From the NCBI GenBank assembly GCA_045595185.1, contig JAZNZX010000014.1, positions 3,614-67,613 on the forward strand: a stretch of 64,000 nucleotides of DNA, given 5' to 3'. The position numbers were made by a program, and so were the translations under genes. Below, piece after piece: positions 9,075 to 19,594 of this stretch (positions within the stretch are counted from its first letter, which is position 1; every line of letters starts with the position of its first letter). The stretch is from Candidatus Fimenecus sp. (lineage in GTDB: Bacteria; Bacillota; Clostridia; Oscillospirales; Acutalibacteraceae). The notes below the pieces were generated by a model. That model had not been told where the DNA came from. It searched no databases and worked only from the letters and a program-made list of their open reading frames with translations.

Positions 9075-10478
9075 TTATTCATATCCTAATTTTTTGAGCA
9101 TTTTAGGGTCACATGTATTTTCAGCAACAGAGCCGATTTCAGCCCAGAGCTTATCTGCTTTTTCTTTCCAATCGCTAAACTCCTCATAATTAGCAGGATA
9201 TTTGTCATATAACGCACCAACCTGTGCACTGTATTTGAGTCCTTTTACAAGCTTACCGATGGTAGCAGGTTTAAGGTTCTTTTTAGCAATACCGTTTATA
9301 ACACCTTTTATAATAACAGCAATATCATCAGCACCTAATCGGAGTCCTGTATCCATACCGCCAAGAATTTTTTCACTGAACATAATATCATTCTTAAAGA
9401 GATATTCTGCTTCGTCATATCCCATTGAAATAATGCCCATAAGAAGTGGTCGCATAGAATCAAAGTCCTTACCCTGTGCCACCATATATCTCTTATTGAT
9501 GCTCCACATTCTTTCTTTTGTAAGGAATTTGTCAGATTTCAAAAGATTTGAAATAACTTCAACTGCAATTTCACCTGCAACAAGTGATGATGTACACCCT
9601 TCACCACAAGTTGGTTTTGTATGACATGCAGCGTCACCTAATGCTATAAATCCGTCGTCAACAAGAGAATATGTAGAAATATGATATGGTGTCATACCCT
9701 TTTCAATTCTTTCTACTCTATATTCAGGAAAGTTGACATTTTTCATAAAATCTTCTTTGAAAATTTCTTCAGCATAGTTATAGCCGTAGAAACCACCGAT
9801 ACCGAGAATTGCACCGTTTGGATTGTCAGACGGTGCTGACCAAGATTTGTAGGAAAGGAAGAAACCGTCTAAATCTCTTGGATTGAAATCATTTTTAAGA
9901 TACTCTGCGTAATAAAGAACAACATAAAGAATGTCTTTATTTGTAAGTTTGAAATTACCTACTACTGATGAATCAGGAAGCTTTGTACGAACAACTGCAG
10001 GAATACCTGAACAATCAGCAACAATTCGGGCATAAACTTCATTTTCACCGTCTGATGTTTTATATTTCGCACCAATGATTCTATCGTTATCGTCTTTAAT
10101 AAAATCTGTAAATGATGCTCCATATATAATCTCTGCACCGGCATCTTTTGCTCTGTCAGCCATCGCCATAATATAATCGTGCTTATGTAATCCGATAACA
10201 GGTGCTTCTGAACAAGCCTTTGGATAATTGCCGTATGGTGAAATCATAGTTGAATGACTGAAACTGAACTCACGTAAAGGGTCACTCTCTTCGGGAATTA
10301 CAAGGTCAAATTTTTCCATATCAGCCTTTCCCATATGAAAAACATCATATTCCCTTGAAACATTATCAGGTTCATTTTTTTCAATTACAAGAACCTTAAA
10401 TCCCTGTTTTGCCATTTGATAAGCAAACCAACAGCCTGTTGTTGATGCACCTACAACAAAAACATCATAATTTTTCAT
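9075..10478 (-). CDS. FAD-dependent oxidoreductase (geranylgeranyl-reductase-like family)
   Basis: YDVFVVGASTTGCWFAYQMAKQGFKVLVIEK is a Rossmann dinucleotide-binding motif. Start set at the second ATG (10478), which has better SD spacing. Confidence 0.75.
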   Translation of the reverse strand: MKNYDVFVVGASTTGCWFAYQMAKQGFKVLVIEKNEPDNVSREYDVFHMGKADMEKFDLVIPEESDPLREFSFSHSTMISPYGNYPKACSEAPVIGLHKHDYIMAMADRAKDAGAEIIYGASFTDFIKDDNDRIIGAKYKTSDGENEVYARIVADCSGIPAVVRTKLPDSSVVGNFKLTNKDILYVVLYYAEYLKNDFNPRDLDGFFLSYKSWSAPSDNPNGAILGIGGFYGYNYAEEIFKEDFMKNVNFPEYRVERIEKGMTPYHISTYSLVDDGFIALGDAACHTKPTCGEGCTSSLVAGEIAVEVISNLLKSDKFLTKERMWSINKRYMVAQGKDFDSMRPLLMGIISMGYDEAEYLFKNDIMFSEKILGGMDTGLRLGADDIAVIIKGVINGIAKKNLKPATIGKLVKGLKYSAQVGALYDKYPANYEEFSDWKEKADKLWAEIGSVAENTCDPKMLKKLGYE

Positions 10479-10499
10479 AATAATCATTCTCCCTTTTAT

Positions 10500-11363
10500 T
10501 TAACACTCTGTAACTCCATATTTTGCAGGCTTACAAAGATAAACATTATCATATTTTTTTGACAACTTATTATAAGCATCATCTGCTTTTTCTTTATCTT
10601 TAAAAATACCGTAAACGGTCGGACCACTACCACTCATAACACAGGCATCAGCACCTGATTTTCGCATTATACCCTTGATGTGTGGTCGTTTAGGTACTTC
10701 AACAGCCTGTTCGAACACATTACCGCACAGCTTACAGATTTTATCATAATCACCGTCTGCAACAGCATCGACCATTGAAATTCTGTCAAGGTGACGGACA
10801 CGGTTAAGAGAATCAAATTCAGCATAAGCTTCAGGAGTTGAAATATCCTGGTCAGGCTTACAAAGAACTATATAACATTCAGGCAAGTCCTTTACAGGGG
10901 CAATAATTGTGCCTGTTCCGAGTGCGATTGCTGTTCCGCCAATAAGACTGAACGGAATATCAGCACCGACTTTTGCACCGATTTCGCATAGCTCTTTTGT
11001 TGAAAGATTTGTATTATAAATCTTATCAAGACAATACAGAACTGCAGCACCGTCAGCACTTCCACCTGCTGTGCCTGCCGACATAGGAATTGCTTTTTCA
11101 ATTTCTATTGTAATTCCCCTGTCACTTATAGAAAGAGCATCAAAAAAAGCTGTTGCACACTTATATGCAATATTTTTTTCATTACAAGGAACACCGGCTG
11201 TATCACATTTAATGATTATTTTGTTTTCATCATTTTTATTTACTATTACAGTATCATACAAATCAACAGACTGCATAATCATAAAAAGTGAATGATAACC
11301 ATTATCAAGTTTTTTAAGAATATCAAGCATTAAATTGATTTTTGCAGCAGCTTTAACCTTCAT
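10500..11363 (-). CDS. ispE: 4-diphosphocytidyl-2-C-methyl-D-erythritol kinase
   Basis: KINLMLDI...GYH N-terminus and the GHMP kinase motif PMSAGTAGGSADGAAVL. Confidence 0.9.
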   Translation of the reverse strand: MKVKAAAKINLMLDILKKLDNGYHSLFMIMQSVDLYDTVIVNKNDENKIIIKCDTAGVPCNEKNIAYKCATAFFDALSISDRGITIEIEKAIPMSAGTAGGSADGAAVLYCLDKIYNTNLSTKELCEIGAKVGADIPFSLIGGTAIALGTGTIIAPVKDLPECYIVLCKPDQDISTPEAYAEFDSLNRVRHLDRISMVDAVADGDYDKICKLCGNVFEQAVEVPKRPHIKGIMRKSGADACVMSGSGPTVYGIFKDKEKADDAYNKLSKKYDNVYLCKPAKYGVTEC

Positions 11364-11365
11364 AA

Positions 11366-12190
11366 TCAGCCCTCCGTTTCAATTTTCATTTCCAATGGTG
11401 TTCTTTTCTGGAAAAATGTAATACTGTCAAATCCTGCTTCCAATGCAGCAGAATATGCCATATCAATATCAGCAGCAAGATGTTCGGCATAATGAGCATC
11501 AGAGCCTACTGAAACATATTTACCGCCAAGTTCTTTAAATCGTTTGATAATGTCAACTTCAGGTGAAAGTTTATTAAGAGGTTGACGAAGTGCAGCAGTA
11601 TTGATTTCAAGAGCTATATCTTTTTTAGCAGTAAGAGTCAATATTTCATCAATCTGGCTCTTGAATTTATCAAGGTCAATATCGAGATTAGATTTTGAAT
11701 AAAAATATCTTAAAGGATATGTGAGATGAGTAAGTACATCAAAATTACCCCAATTAAGCATTTCGATAATTGCGTTGAAATACTCATAAAGTAGTTTTTC
11801 AGCCTCATCCAACATAAGATTTTCCATAAAGTAAAAATCTTCACCACCACGAAGGTTATGAACCGAACCTAAAACAACATCATAATCGTGAGTATTTAAA
11901 ATAGTTTCAGCCGTTTCAATATCATATGCAGGCTGTCCCAATTCAATTCCGTTGAGAACAAGAAGTTTTCCTTTAAATGCTGAACGAACCTTTGAAACCT
12001 CAAAAAAGCCTTGAAAAATTCTTTTTTCATAAGTCGGGTCACCACGATACTGGTCAACTTCACAATGGTCAGTAAAAGCAATCGCCCTTAAATCAAGCAT
12101 TTCAGCTCTTTCACAAAAAAAAGTTGCAGAATGATTTCCGTCAAAAGAGTTGTCAGTATGAACATGTAAATCAACTATATTTTTGTACAT
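11366..12190 (-). CDS. PHP-domain histidinol-phosphatase family protein
   Basis: DLHVHTDNSFDG metal-binding motif and later GSDAH. Start at ATG 12190 (MYKNIVDLHVH) with a GGGAGGGG SD. Confidence 0.8.
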   Translation of the reverse strand: MYKNIVDLHVHTDNSFDGNHSATFFCERAEMLDLRAIAFTDHCEVDQYRGDPTYEKRIFQGFFEVSKVRSAFKGKLLVLNGIELGQPAYDIETAETILNTHDYDVVLGSVHNLRGGEDFYFMENLMLDEAEKLLYEYFNAIIEMLNWGNFDVLTHLTYPLRYFYSKSNLDIDLDKFKSQIDEILTLTAKKDIALEINTAALRQPLNKLSPEVDIIKRFKELGGKYVSVGSDAHYAEHLAADIDMAYSAALEAGFDSITFFQKRTPLEMKIETEG

Positions 12191-12279
12191 AAATGTACCC
12201 CTCCCAATATCTGTTAATATTTTACTACAATTCAATGCATTATTTCAATAAATTTTTACAAAGTTATTAAAGAAAGTTC

Positions 12280-12308
12280 TTCACATTTTAATTAGTTTGT
12301 GTTAAAAT
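12280..12308 (+). promoter_or_regulatory. Sigma-A type promoter of the ACT-DUF711 operon
   Basis: TTCACA, 17 nt, then TGtTAAAAT (extended -10). Confidence 0.45.
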
Positions 12309-12337
12309 ATTGTCAATTTATTTTGGAGGTACTAAAA

Positions 12338-12607
12338 ATGAGAGGTATTATCACCGTTGTAGGTAAAGATATGGTCGGTATTCTTGCAAAAATTTCAGGC
12401 GTTTGTGCAGATAATGGCGTTAATGTTATTGAAGTATCACAGTCAATTTTACAGGATATGTTCTGTATGATTATGCTTGTTGATTTTGAAAAAGCAAATG
12501 TTCCATTTACTGAATTTTCTGACAAGGTTACTGCAATCGGTAATGAAATGTCACTTTCAATTCATGTTATGCACGAAGATATTTTTAATTCAATGCACAG
12601 AATCTGA
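12338..12607 (+). CDS. ACT domain protein (UPF0237 family)
   Basis: MRGIITVVGKDMVGILAKISGVCADNGVNV is an ACT fold signature. GGAGG SD. Conserved partner of the following DUF711 gene. Confidence 0.85.
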   Translation: MRGIITVVGKDMVGILAKISGVCADNGVNVIEVSQSILQDMFCMIMLVDFEKANVPFTEFSDKVTAIGNEMSLSIHVMHEDIFNSMHRI

Positions 12608-12622
12608 TTTTGAGGTATTAAA

Positions 12623-13978
12623 ATGATAAATACACACGATATACTTGAAACAATCAATATGATTCAGGATGAAAATCTTGACATCAGAACAATAACAATG
12701 GGTATTTCTCTGCTTGATTGTTGCACAGGCGATGCAAAATCTACCTGTGACAAAATCTATGAAAAGATGACAAGCAAAGCAGAAAAGCTCGTTAAAACCG
12801 GTGAAGACATTGAAAAGGAATACGGTATTCCGATTATTAACAAAAGAATTTCCGTTACACCTATTTCGATGATTTTAGCATCAGGTAAAGGTGACCCTGT
12901 TTTATATGCAAAAACACTTGAAAGAGTTGCACAGACTGTTGGTGTAAACTTTATCGGTGGGTATTCTGCACTTGTACAAAAAGGCTTTGCTGCAGGTGAC
13001 GAAGCACTTATCCGTAGTATTCCTGAAGCACTTGATGTAACAGAACATATTTGTTCATCAGTTAATATCGGCTCTACAAAAGCCGGTATAAATATGGACG
13101 CAGTCAAGCTTATGGGACAGATTATCAAAGAATCAGCAGAGGTAACTGCAAATAAAGGCTGTATAGGCCCTGCAAAGCTTGTTGTATTCTGTAATGCTCC
13201 TGAAGATAACCCATTTATGGCAGGTGCTTTTCACGGTGTTGGCGAACCTGACTGTGTAATCAATGTTGGTGTATCAGGTCCCGGTGTTGTTCGTTCAGCT
13301 ATTTCAAAAATTCCTGATGCAAACATTACAGAAATTGCAGATATGGTTAAGCGAACTGCATTTAAAATTACAAGAATGGGTCAGCTTGTTGCTTGTGAAG
13401 CATCAAAACGACTTAATGTTCCGTTCGGTATCGTTGACCTTTCTCTTGCTCCTACTCCTGCAATCGGTGACTCGGTCGCATATATACTTGAAGAAATGGG
13501 GCTTGAGCAATGCGGTGCACACGGTACAACTGCTTGTCTTGCACTTCTTAATGATGCTGTAAAAAAAGGTGGCGTTATGGCTTCCTCTCACGTTGGTGGA
13601 CTTTCAGGTGCATTTATCCCTGTTTCAGAAGATGCAGGTATGATTGCAGCAGCAACAAGTGGTGCTTTGACAATAGAAAAGCTTGAAGCTATGACTTGTG
13701 TTTGTTCTGTCGGTCTTGATATGATTATCGTACCAGGTGACACAACTGCAGAAGTACTTTCAGGTATTATTGCTGACGAGGCTGCTATTGGTATGGTAAA
13801 CTCAAAGACAACTGCAGTAAGACTTATTCCTGCAATTGGCAAAAACATCGGTGATACACTTAATTTCGGCGGACTTTTAGGATATGGTCCTGTTATGAAA
13901 TTAAATACTGCATCCCCTGCTAAATTCATCAACCGTGGCGGTCGAATTCCAGCACCGTTACAGAGCTTGAAAAACTAA
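12623..13978 (+). CDS. UPF0210/DUF711 (PFL4695-like) family protein
   Basis: 451 aa. [27 protein letters not shown] is the characteristic N-terminus. Confidence 0.88.
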   Translation: MINTHDILETINMIQDENLDIRTITMGISLLDCCTGDAKSTCDKIYEKMTSKAEKLVKTGEDIEKEYGIPIINKRISVTPISMILASGKGDPVLYAKTLERVAQTVGVNFIGGYSALVQKGFAAGDEALIRSIPEALDVTEHICSSVNIGSTKAGINMDAVKLMGQIIKESAEVTANKGCIGPAKLVVFCNAPEDNPFMAGAFHGVGEPDCVINVGVSGPGVVRSAISKIPDANITEIADMVKRTAFKITRMGQLVACEASKRLNVPFGIVDLSLAPTPAIGDSVAYILEEMGLEQCGAHGTTACLALLNDAVKKGGVMASSHVGGLSGAFIPVSEDAGMIAAATSGALTIEKLEAMTCVCSVGLDMIIVPGDTTAEVLSGIIADEAAIGMVNSKTTAVRLIPAIGKNIGDTLNFGGLLGYGPVMKLNTASPAKFINRGGRIPAPLQSLKN

Positions 13979-13998
13979 AATTCTATATATAATTTTAA

Positions 13999-14030
13999 GG
14001 GTAGTAACTTTTTACAGTTACTACCCTTTT
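13999..14030 (+). terminator. Rho-independent terminator
   Basis: Stem gggtagtaac/gttactaccc followed by TTTT. Confidence 0.65.
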
Positions 14031-14052
14031 AAAATTTTTATATTATATCAAC

Positions 14053-14211
14053 ATAAATTGGAGTTTGTCGGGATGTTTAAGGTTAGTGTCATTCTGAGGA
14101 ACAAAGTGACGAAGAATCTCTGCAGGTTGTAATGTTACTGTTAGAGAGATTCTTCGCTATGCTCAGAATGACCTATCCAATTGGTTGGTCTGTTCGACAA
14201 ATTATAATTTG
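14053..14211. repeat. MITE-like nested palindromic repeat, copy 1 (159 nt)
   Basis: Terminal inverted repeats aaattggagtttgtcg / cgacaaattataattt. Inner inverted pair gtcattctgagga...cgaagaatctc / gagattcttcgctatgctcagaatgac. The first 70 nt are identical to 22710-22779. Confidence 0.85.
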
Positions 14212-14403
14212 TTAAAATGGGTTTGTGCAAGAATACGAAATTTACATTCTTAATTCTACTAATCATACAAAAAACAAGTTCATTTAGATAATTTTTAACA
14301 ATTTTTCCTTTTCTTCTTGATTTTTCCACGTTTTTGGTGTAAAATCTTGATATATATTGAGGTAATTTTACGCATTTTTCACATAAGTTGGAGGTTGTTT
14401 GAT

Positions 14404-15279
14404 TTGAGCGGAGATTTACATTGTCATACAAGATTATCTGACGGAACTTTAGGCATTGAAGACCTTATTGCATTTGCAAAGAAAAAAGGGCTTGAAACTA
14501 TTGCTATTACTGACCACGATTGCCTTGCAGGTACAGTCAGAGGAAAAATCATTGGTGCTCGTCACGGTATTCAGGTTATACCTGGTGTTGAGTTATCTTC
14601 AACTGACGAAGAAGCTGGAAAGCAGATTCATATTCTTTGCTATTTACCTGATGCACCTGATATGCTTGAAGGCTTGTGTAAAAGAAATTCATTGGCAAGA
14701 AAAAAGGCATCTCATTTTATGATGCTCCAGACTGCTAAACGTTTCCCCATCTCCACAGAGTTTATTATTAAATGTGCAACAGGTTCAACTAACCTTTACA
14801 AAAAACACATTATGCAAGCTCTTATTGAATGTGGTTATACAGATTCCTTTAATGGTGAACTTTATCAAGCTCTCTTCTCTAAATCAAGTGAAAACAACAT
14901 CCTTGTAGAAGCTAAATACGAAAGTGTTAAAGATGTAATTGACATTATCCATACTGCAGGTGGTATTGCAGTTCTTGCTCATCCATATGCAAGTGATTGT
15001 GTTGATGAAATTTCAAAGTATGTTGAATACGGAATTGACGGAATTGAAGTTTTCCATCCAAGTGCTGACGAAGACCAACAGGCAAATCTTAAGAATATTG
15101 CTTCAAAACACAAGCTCTTAATGACAGGCGGTAGTGATTTCCACGGTCTTTATAATACATATAAGGTTTCATTGGGTGATTATGCTACTCCTGATGACTG
15201 CTTACACGCATTGCTTACATTCAAATCAAAGCAAAAGAGATTGCAGAAAAAGTTAGCACAACAAGCATCAAACGAATAA
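14404..15279 (+). CDS. PHP-domain phosphoesterase (TrpH/YciV-like)
   Basis: GDLHCHTRLSDG...ITDHD motifs. The likely start is TTG at 14404, 10 nt after GGAGG; the longer track ORF begins inside the repeat/promoter region. Confidence 0.78.
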   Translation: MSGDLHCHTRLSDGTLGIEDLIAFAKKKGLETIAITDHDCLAGTVRGKIIGARHGIQVIPGVELSSTDEEAGKQIHILCYLPDAPDMLEGLCKRNSLARKKASHFMMLQTAKRFPISTEFIIKCATGSTNLYKKHIMQALIECGYTDSFNGELYQALFSKSSENNILVEAKYESVKDVIDIIHTAGGIAVLAHPYASDCVDEISKYVEYGIDGIEVFHPSADEDQQANLKNIASKHKLLMTGGSDFHGLYNTYKVSLGDYATPDDCLHALLTFKSKQKRLQKKLAQQASNE

Positions 15280-15322
15280 TACTATTTTAGTTTGAATAAA
15301 TTATAAACAAAGGAGGGTTAAT

Positions 15323-15892
15323 ATGCTCTTTGACGATAGCGATGTAAAAATCTTTACTGACAGCGATACTTCCCCTGAATCTTCTCACGAGGTCCATGTT
15401 ATTGCTGAAATGACAAAGCACAGAAGTAACGGAAATATAACGAAGGCAAAAAAGCTTGGCAAACATCTTGCTGAAATTTTTGTTGATGAACCAAGTCTTT
15501 TATCTCAGCTTGAAGGTGAAGTTGGTAAAATCCGGTGTAATGAGGATGATATGTACCAGATTAAAGTCCTTCTCGTTTTTACTGCTGAATATTGTATAAA
15601 TCATTATCTCCCTGCAACATTGTTATCAAATACAGCTGTTAACTCACTTTACGATACGGTTATTAAAAAAGCTCAGGCATTTTATGACAGACTTGATGAT
15701 GCTGCTGAATACAGTTTCTATTATCTTGCTGTAAGAAAAGGATACGACATTTCAAAAAATATCGGTGTTTCCTTTGCGATGCTTTGTGGTGAAGATAAAG
15801 ACGAGTATTACACAAATCTTGGCAAACGACTTTTTGAAGTTGCTGAACACGAAATTACAAAAATCATTGACAGTTATCAATTTGAAAAATGA
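15323..15892 (+). CDS. Hypothetical protein
   Basis: 189-aa ORF with an AAGGAGGG SD; no recognised motif. Confidence 0.55.
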   Translation: MLFDDSDVKIFTDSDTSPESSHEVHVIAEMTKHRSNGNITKAKKLGKHLAEIFVDEPSLLSQLEGEVGKIRCNEDDMYQIKVLLVFTAEYCINHYLPATLLSNTAVNSLYDTVIKKAQAFYDRLDDAAEYSFYYLAVRKGYDISKNIGVSFAMLCGEDKDEYYTNLGKRLFEVAEHEITKIIDSYQFEK

Positions 15893-15902
15893 GATGAAAA
15901 AT

Positions 15903-15929
15903 TCCCTCTGTTTGCTTTAAACAGAGGGA
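15903..15929. terminator. Bidirectional terminator between convergent genes
   Basis: Stem tccctctgtt/aacagaggga with T-rich runs on both sides. Confidence 0.6.
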
Positions 15930-15934
15930 TATTT

Positions 15935-16765
15935 TTATTTGTACAAGGATTTTAAGAATGCGATTTCACGAGCGTAGCCATCAAGCTCGTTTGGAGTTTC
16001 AAGGAAAAACGGTAAATCGCGAAGTGCAGGATGATTTATAATTCGCTCAAAGGCTTCTGCACCGATTGAGCCATCACCTATTTTTTCGTGCCTGTCCTTA
16101 TGGCTTGAAAACGGATTTTTACTGTCGTTTATATGAATTGCTTTTAAACAGTCAAGACCTATTACCTTATCAAACTGTGTTAAAACACCGTCAAGGTCAT
16201 TTACAATGTCATATCCACCATCATAAACATGGCAAGTATCAAGACAAACACCCATTTTTTCTTTAAGCTCTACACGGTCAATAATTTCGCGAAGCTCTTC
16301 AAATTTACTGCCCACTTCACTACCCTTGCCTGCCATTGTTTCAAGCAAAACAGTAGTTGTCTGTTCTTTCCACATAATTGAATTAAGTAAATTTGAAATC
16401 ATTTCAATGCCTGTTTCAATGCCTTGACCGACATGACTTCCCGGATGAAAATTGTAAAGATTATCAGGAACAAATTCCATTCTTTTAAGGTCATCAAGCA
16501 TTGTATTATAAGCAAATTCGCGGACATATGCTTTCTCAGCACAGGCATTAAGAGTATATGGTGCATGAGCAAGAATTTTCGCAAAATTCTTTTCTTTAAT
16601 CATATTATTAAGCTTTTGTGCATCATCAGGGTCAATTTCTTTCGCACTACCACCTCTTGGGTTTCTTGTGAAAAACTGAAATGTGTTGGCACCTATTGAA
16701 AGTGCCTCACATCCCATATGATAAAAACCTTTTGATGACGACAAATGACAACCTATATTAAGCAT
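15935..16765 (-). CDS. nfo: Endonuclease IV (deoxyribonuclease IV)
   Basis: IGCHLS..., [31 protein letters not shown] and HINDSKN motifs. Confidence 0.9.
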   Translation of the reverse strand: MLNIGCHLSSSKGFYHMGCEALSIGANTFQFFTRNPRGGSAKEIDPDDAQKLNNMIKEKNFAKILAHAPYTLNACAEKAYVREFAYNTMLDDLKRMEFVPDNLYNFHPGSHVGQGIETGIEMISNLLNSIMWKEQTTTVLLETMAGKGSEVGSKFEELREIIDRVELKEKMGVCLDTCHVYDGGYDIVNDLDGVLTQFDKVIGLDCLKAIHINDSKNPFSSHKDRHEKIGDGSIGAEAFERIINHPALRDLPFFLETPNELDGYAREIAFLKSLYK

Positions 16766-18093
16766 TATTTACCTCTGTATTTTTCTTCAACAATTATTTT
16801 TTGCTTTTTATTTTTACCACGATAACCCTTTGTAACAAAGAATACAACAGTACCGATAACAACTGTCAAGACACCTGCTGTTGCAAGAAGAACTATGTAT
16901 ATGTATGATGGATCATCAGTTGGGTTTTCCTGTTCATTTTCGTATGTTGTAGGTTCAAACAATGAAAAATCTTCCTGCGTTGTCGGACTTGTAGTAGGCT
17001 CTGTTGTTGGTTCAGTTGATGGCTCTGTTACAGGAACATCCGTTGTAACCTCATCAGTAGTAGATTCTTCAACATTTGTTGTTGATTCGTCTGTTGTACT
17101 TTCCTCAGTTGAGCTTGTTTCTTCGCCCTTACCAACAGTAACAGTATAAATTACTGTCCAGTTATTTGATTTCGCTGTAATTTTTACAACACCTTCTGAA
17201 ACAGGAGTTACAACACCGTTTACATCAACTGTTGCAATCTTTGTATCTGATGATGTCCAAGATGTTTTATAATTATCACTTGTATCAGCAGGCACTTTAA
17301 CAACTGCTAATTTAAGAGTCTTACCCATTTCAACAGTTCTTGATGTACTGCCGTATGCCTTAATACCTGTCTGTGGAACATTTACAGTTACCTTACAGGT
17401 TGCAGTCTTTGCACCAACCTTTACCGTAATTGTAGCGGTACCACCACCTGTTGCAGTAATAACACCGTCGTTTGAAACTGTTGCAACATTATCGTTTGAT
17501 GATTGGAACAAGATAGTTTTATCTGTTGAGTCTTCAGGTGTAACTGTCACAACAAGCTTATGAGTTCCGCCTTTCTTAAGTGTAACACTTGTTTTATCAA
17601 GAGTCACCTTTTCGGCAGGAATATCAACCTTATTGGAAACTGTAACATAGCTATGGGATACTGTACATGTATGAACTACACCGTCTGAATCCGTATTTTC
17701 TGTACTTGACAATGTAAGTTTTGATGTGCCTGATTCCTTAAGAATCTTAAATTCAACAGTAAATACTGTACCTGATGTCTTCGAATACATACCTGAAAAA
17801 TTAACAGAAGAACCGGTATCATAGACACTACTTCCGGAAACGACAGCATCACCCTGTGTACAGCTTACAACCTTAAGGTCAGCAGAATTATATGCTAATG
17901 ACACATTTGCTCCCCAAAGCTCAACTGACGATGAAAGAGTAACGCTGACTCTTATTGTATCACCTGTTGCACCGATAGCTGAAGAAACTGAATAATGAAC
18001 ATTGGATTCAGCAGACACAGGTATAACAAGAGTACTTGACATCATTACAATTATAGCAATCAATAATGATAAAATTTTTGTAGTCCTTTTCAT
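16765..18093 (-). CDS. Cell-surface protein: signal peptide, cohesin-like domain, two or three Big_2 (Ig-like) domains, Thr/Glu/Pro linker, C-terminal TM anchor
   Basis: [34 protein letters not shown] (cohesin-like). [27 protein letters not shown] and [27 protein letters not shown] (Big_2). [17 protein letters not shown] linker. Hydrophobic helix followed by KGYRGKNKK. Confidence 0.72.
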   Translation of the reverse strand: MKRTTKILSLLIAIIVMMSSTLVIPVSAESNVHYSVSSAIGATGDTIRVSVTLSSSVELWGANVSLAYNSADLKVVSCTQGDAVVSGSSVYDTGSSVNFSGMYSKTSGTVFTVEFKILKESGTSKLTLSSTENTDSDGVVHTCTVSHSYVTVSNKVDIPAEKVTLDKTSVTLKKGGTHKLVVTVTPEDSTDKTILFQSSNDNVATVSNDGVITATGGGTATITVKVGAKTATCKVTVNVPQTGIKAYGSTSRTVEMGKTLKLAVVKVPADTSDNYKTSWTSSDTKIATVDVNGVVTPVSEGVVKITAKSNNWTVIYTVTVGKGEETSSTEESTTDESTTNVEESTTDEVTTDVPVTEPSTEPTTEPTTSPTTQEDFSLFEPTTYENEQENPTDDPSYIYIVLLATAGVLTVVIGTVVFFVTKGYRGKNKKQKIIVEEKYRGK

Positions 18094-18161
18094 AAAAATC
18101 ACCTATATGTAAGTATATAAATATAATATAATATTTAAAATAAAAAGTCAATTGACAGACA

Positions 18162-18197
18162 AGCAAAAAGTGGTAAGGAAAAATTTACCTTACCACT
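18162..18197 (-). terminator. Rho-independent terminator of mgtE
   Basis: Stem agtggtaagg/ccttaccact; a U-run follows on the minus strand. Confidence 0.6.
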
Positions 18198-18204
18198 TAA
18201 AATT

Positions 18205-19545
18205 TTATAAATTCAATAATGATGATGCTATAAAGAAATAAATAAGAAGCGTAACAGCATCAACAATTGTGGAAATAAACGGACTTGACATTACAGCAGG
18301 GTCAAAACCAATCTTTTTTGCAATTACAGGAAGTATTGAACCAACAACCTTTGCAAAGACAACAGCAGCAATCATTGTAATGCTCACAACAAGTGCTATT
18401 TCCCAGCCCACATTGTTAAAGAGCATAAGCTTTATGAAATTCACTATTGCCAATGTTATACCGCAAACCAAAGCGATTGAAAACTCCTTAAAAACAACCT
18501 TCAAGGTATCTCTGAATTCAATCTCGCCCAATGAAATACCACGAATAATTGTTGAAGATGACTGGTTACCGCAGTTACCGCAAGTACCTGTAAGCATTGG
18601 AATAAATGCAGTCAAGACAACGCAAGATGTCAACGCCCCCTCAAAGTGAGTGATAATTTTTTCCGTAAATGTTGCTGAAACCATCAAAAGCATAAGCCAA
18701 GGAATACGCTTTTTAAAGTTCTCAAAAACGCCCATTTTAAGATATGGCTTATCAGTAGGTGTAATCGCAGCCATCAATTCCATATCTTCTGTGATTTCTT
18801 CCTGCATAACATCAATAGCGTCATCGACGGTAATAATGCCGACAAGTCGATTTTCTCTATCAACAACAGGAAGTGCAAGAAGGTCGTACTTATCGAAAAG
18901 GTCAGCAACAACTTCTTTATCTTCAGAGGTATTAACGGAGATAACATTATCCTCCATTATCTCACGAATTGTTGCATTTTCGTCAGCAAGAAGCAAATCC
19001 TTTGCAGTAACAACACCTTTAAGTTTTCTTTTGCTGTCAGTAACATAACAGGTGTAAATTGTTTCTTTGTCAACACCTGTTCTACGAATTCTCATAAAAG
19101 CATCGGCAACCGTCATTGAGCGTTTAAGGTCAACATACTCAATTGTCATAATACTTCCTGCAGAATCCTCAGGGTATTTTAATATTTCATTGATACTTTT
19201 ACGGGTTTCAGGGTCAGTATGCTTTAAAATTCGTTTTACAAGGCTTGACGGCATCTCTTCAATAAGGTCAACAGCATCGTCAACATATAATTCATCAAGA
19301 ACTTCACGAAGCTCGGAGTCACTGAAGGCACGGATAAGCTGTTCCTGATATTCCGGCTCCATATTAACAAAAACTTCCGCTGCAAGTTCCTTGTTAAGCA
19401 GACGATATATGAGAGTCAGCTCGCGTTCTTCAAGCTCCATGAATATTTCAGCAATATCCTGTTCGTTCATTTCGTCAAGAAGCTCTTTCAATGCTTTCCA
19501 GTTCTTATTCTGTAAAAGCTCAATAATTACTTCATAGTTTTCCAT
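18205..19545 (-). CDS. mgtE: Magnesium transporter MgtE
   Basis: N-domain, tandem CBS region and a C-terminal 5-TM domain (PWLMLLMVSATFT..., GNQSSS). Preceded by an M-box. Confidence 0.9.
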   Translation of the reverse strand: MENYEVIIELLQNKNWKALKELLDEMNEQDIAEIFMELEERELTLIYRLLNKELAAEVFVNMEPEYQEQLIRAFSDSELREVLDELYVDDAVDLIEEMPSSLVKRILKHTDPETRKSINEILKYPEDSAGSIMTIEYVDLKRSMTVADAFMRIRRTGVDKETIYTCYVTDSKRKLKGVVTAKDLLLADENATIREIMEDNVISVNTSEDKEVVADLFDKYDLLALPVVDRENRLVGIITVDDAIDVMQEEITEDMELMAAITPTDKPYLKMGVFENFKKRIPWLMLLMVSATFTEKIITHFEGALTSCVVLTAFIPMLTGTCGNCGNQSSSTIIRGISLGEIEFRDTLKVVFKEFSIALVCGITLAIVNFIKLMLFNNVGWEIALVVSITMIAAVVFAKVVGSILPVIAKKIGFDPAVMSSPFISTIVDAVTLLIYFFIASSLLNL

Positions 19546-19594
19546 TTCTCACATCTCCTTTATGAAATAAGATATGTGAAACACGGCGAGTTTT

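Noticed and set aside
14141-14431. 96-aa minus-strand ORF, and likewise 52761-52994 (+) and 22920-23196 (+)
   Set aside because: They lie inside MITE or palindromic repeat clusters and promoter regions. Their peptides are the typical translated-repeat products. There are no SDs.
18269-19348. Series of long plus-strand ORFs antisense to mgtE (also 9202-9624, 13588-13932, 40817-41215, 47397-47741, 48991-49329 antisense to other genes)
   Set aside because: Each is fully embedded opposite a gene with clear family motifs. They have Ser/Ile/Leu-rich low-complexity translations typical of antisense frames in AT-rich genomes.
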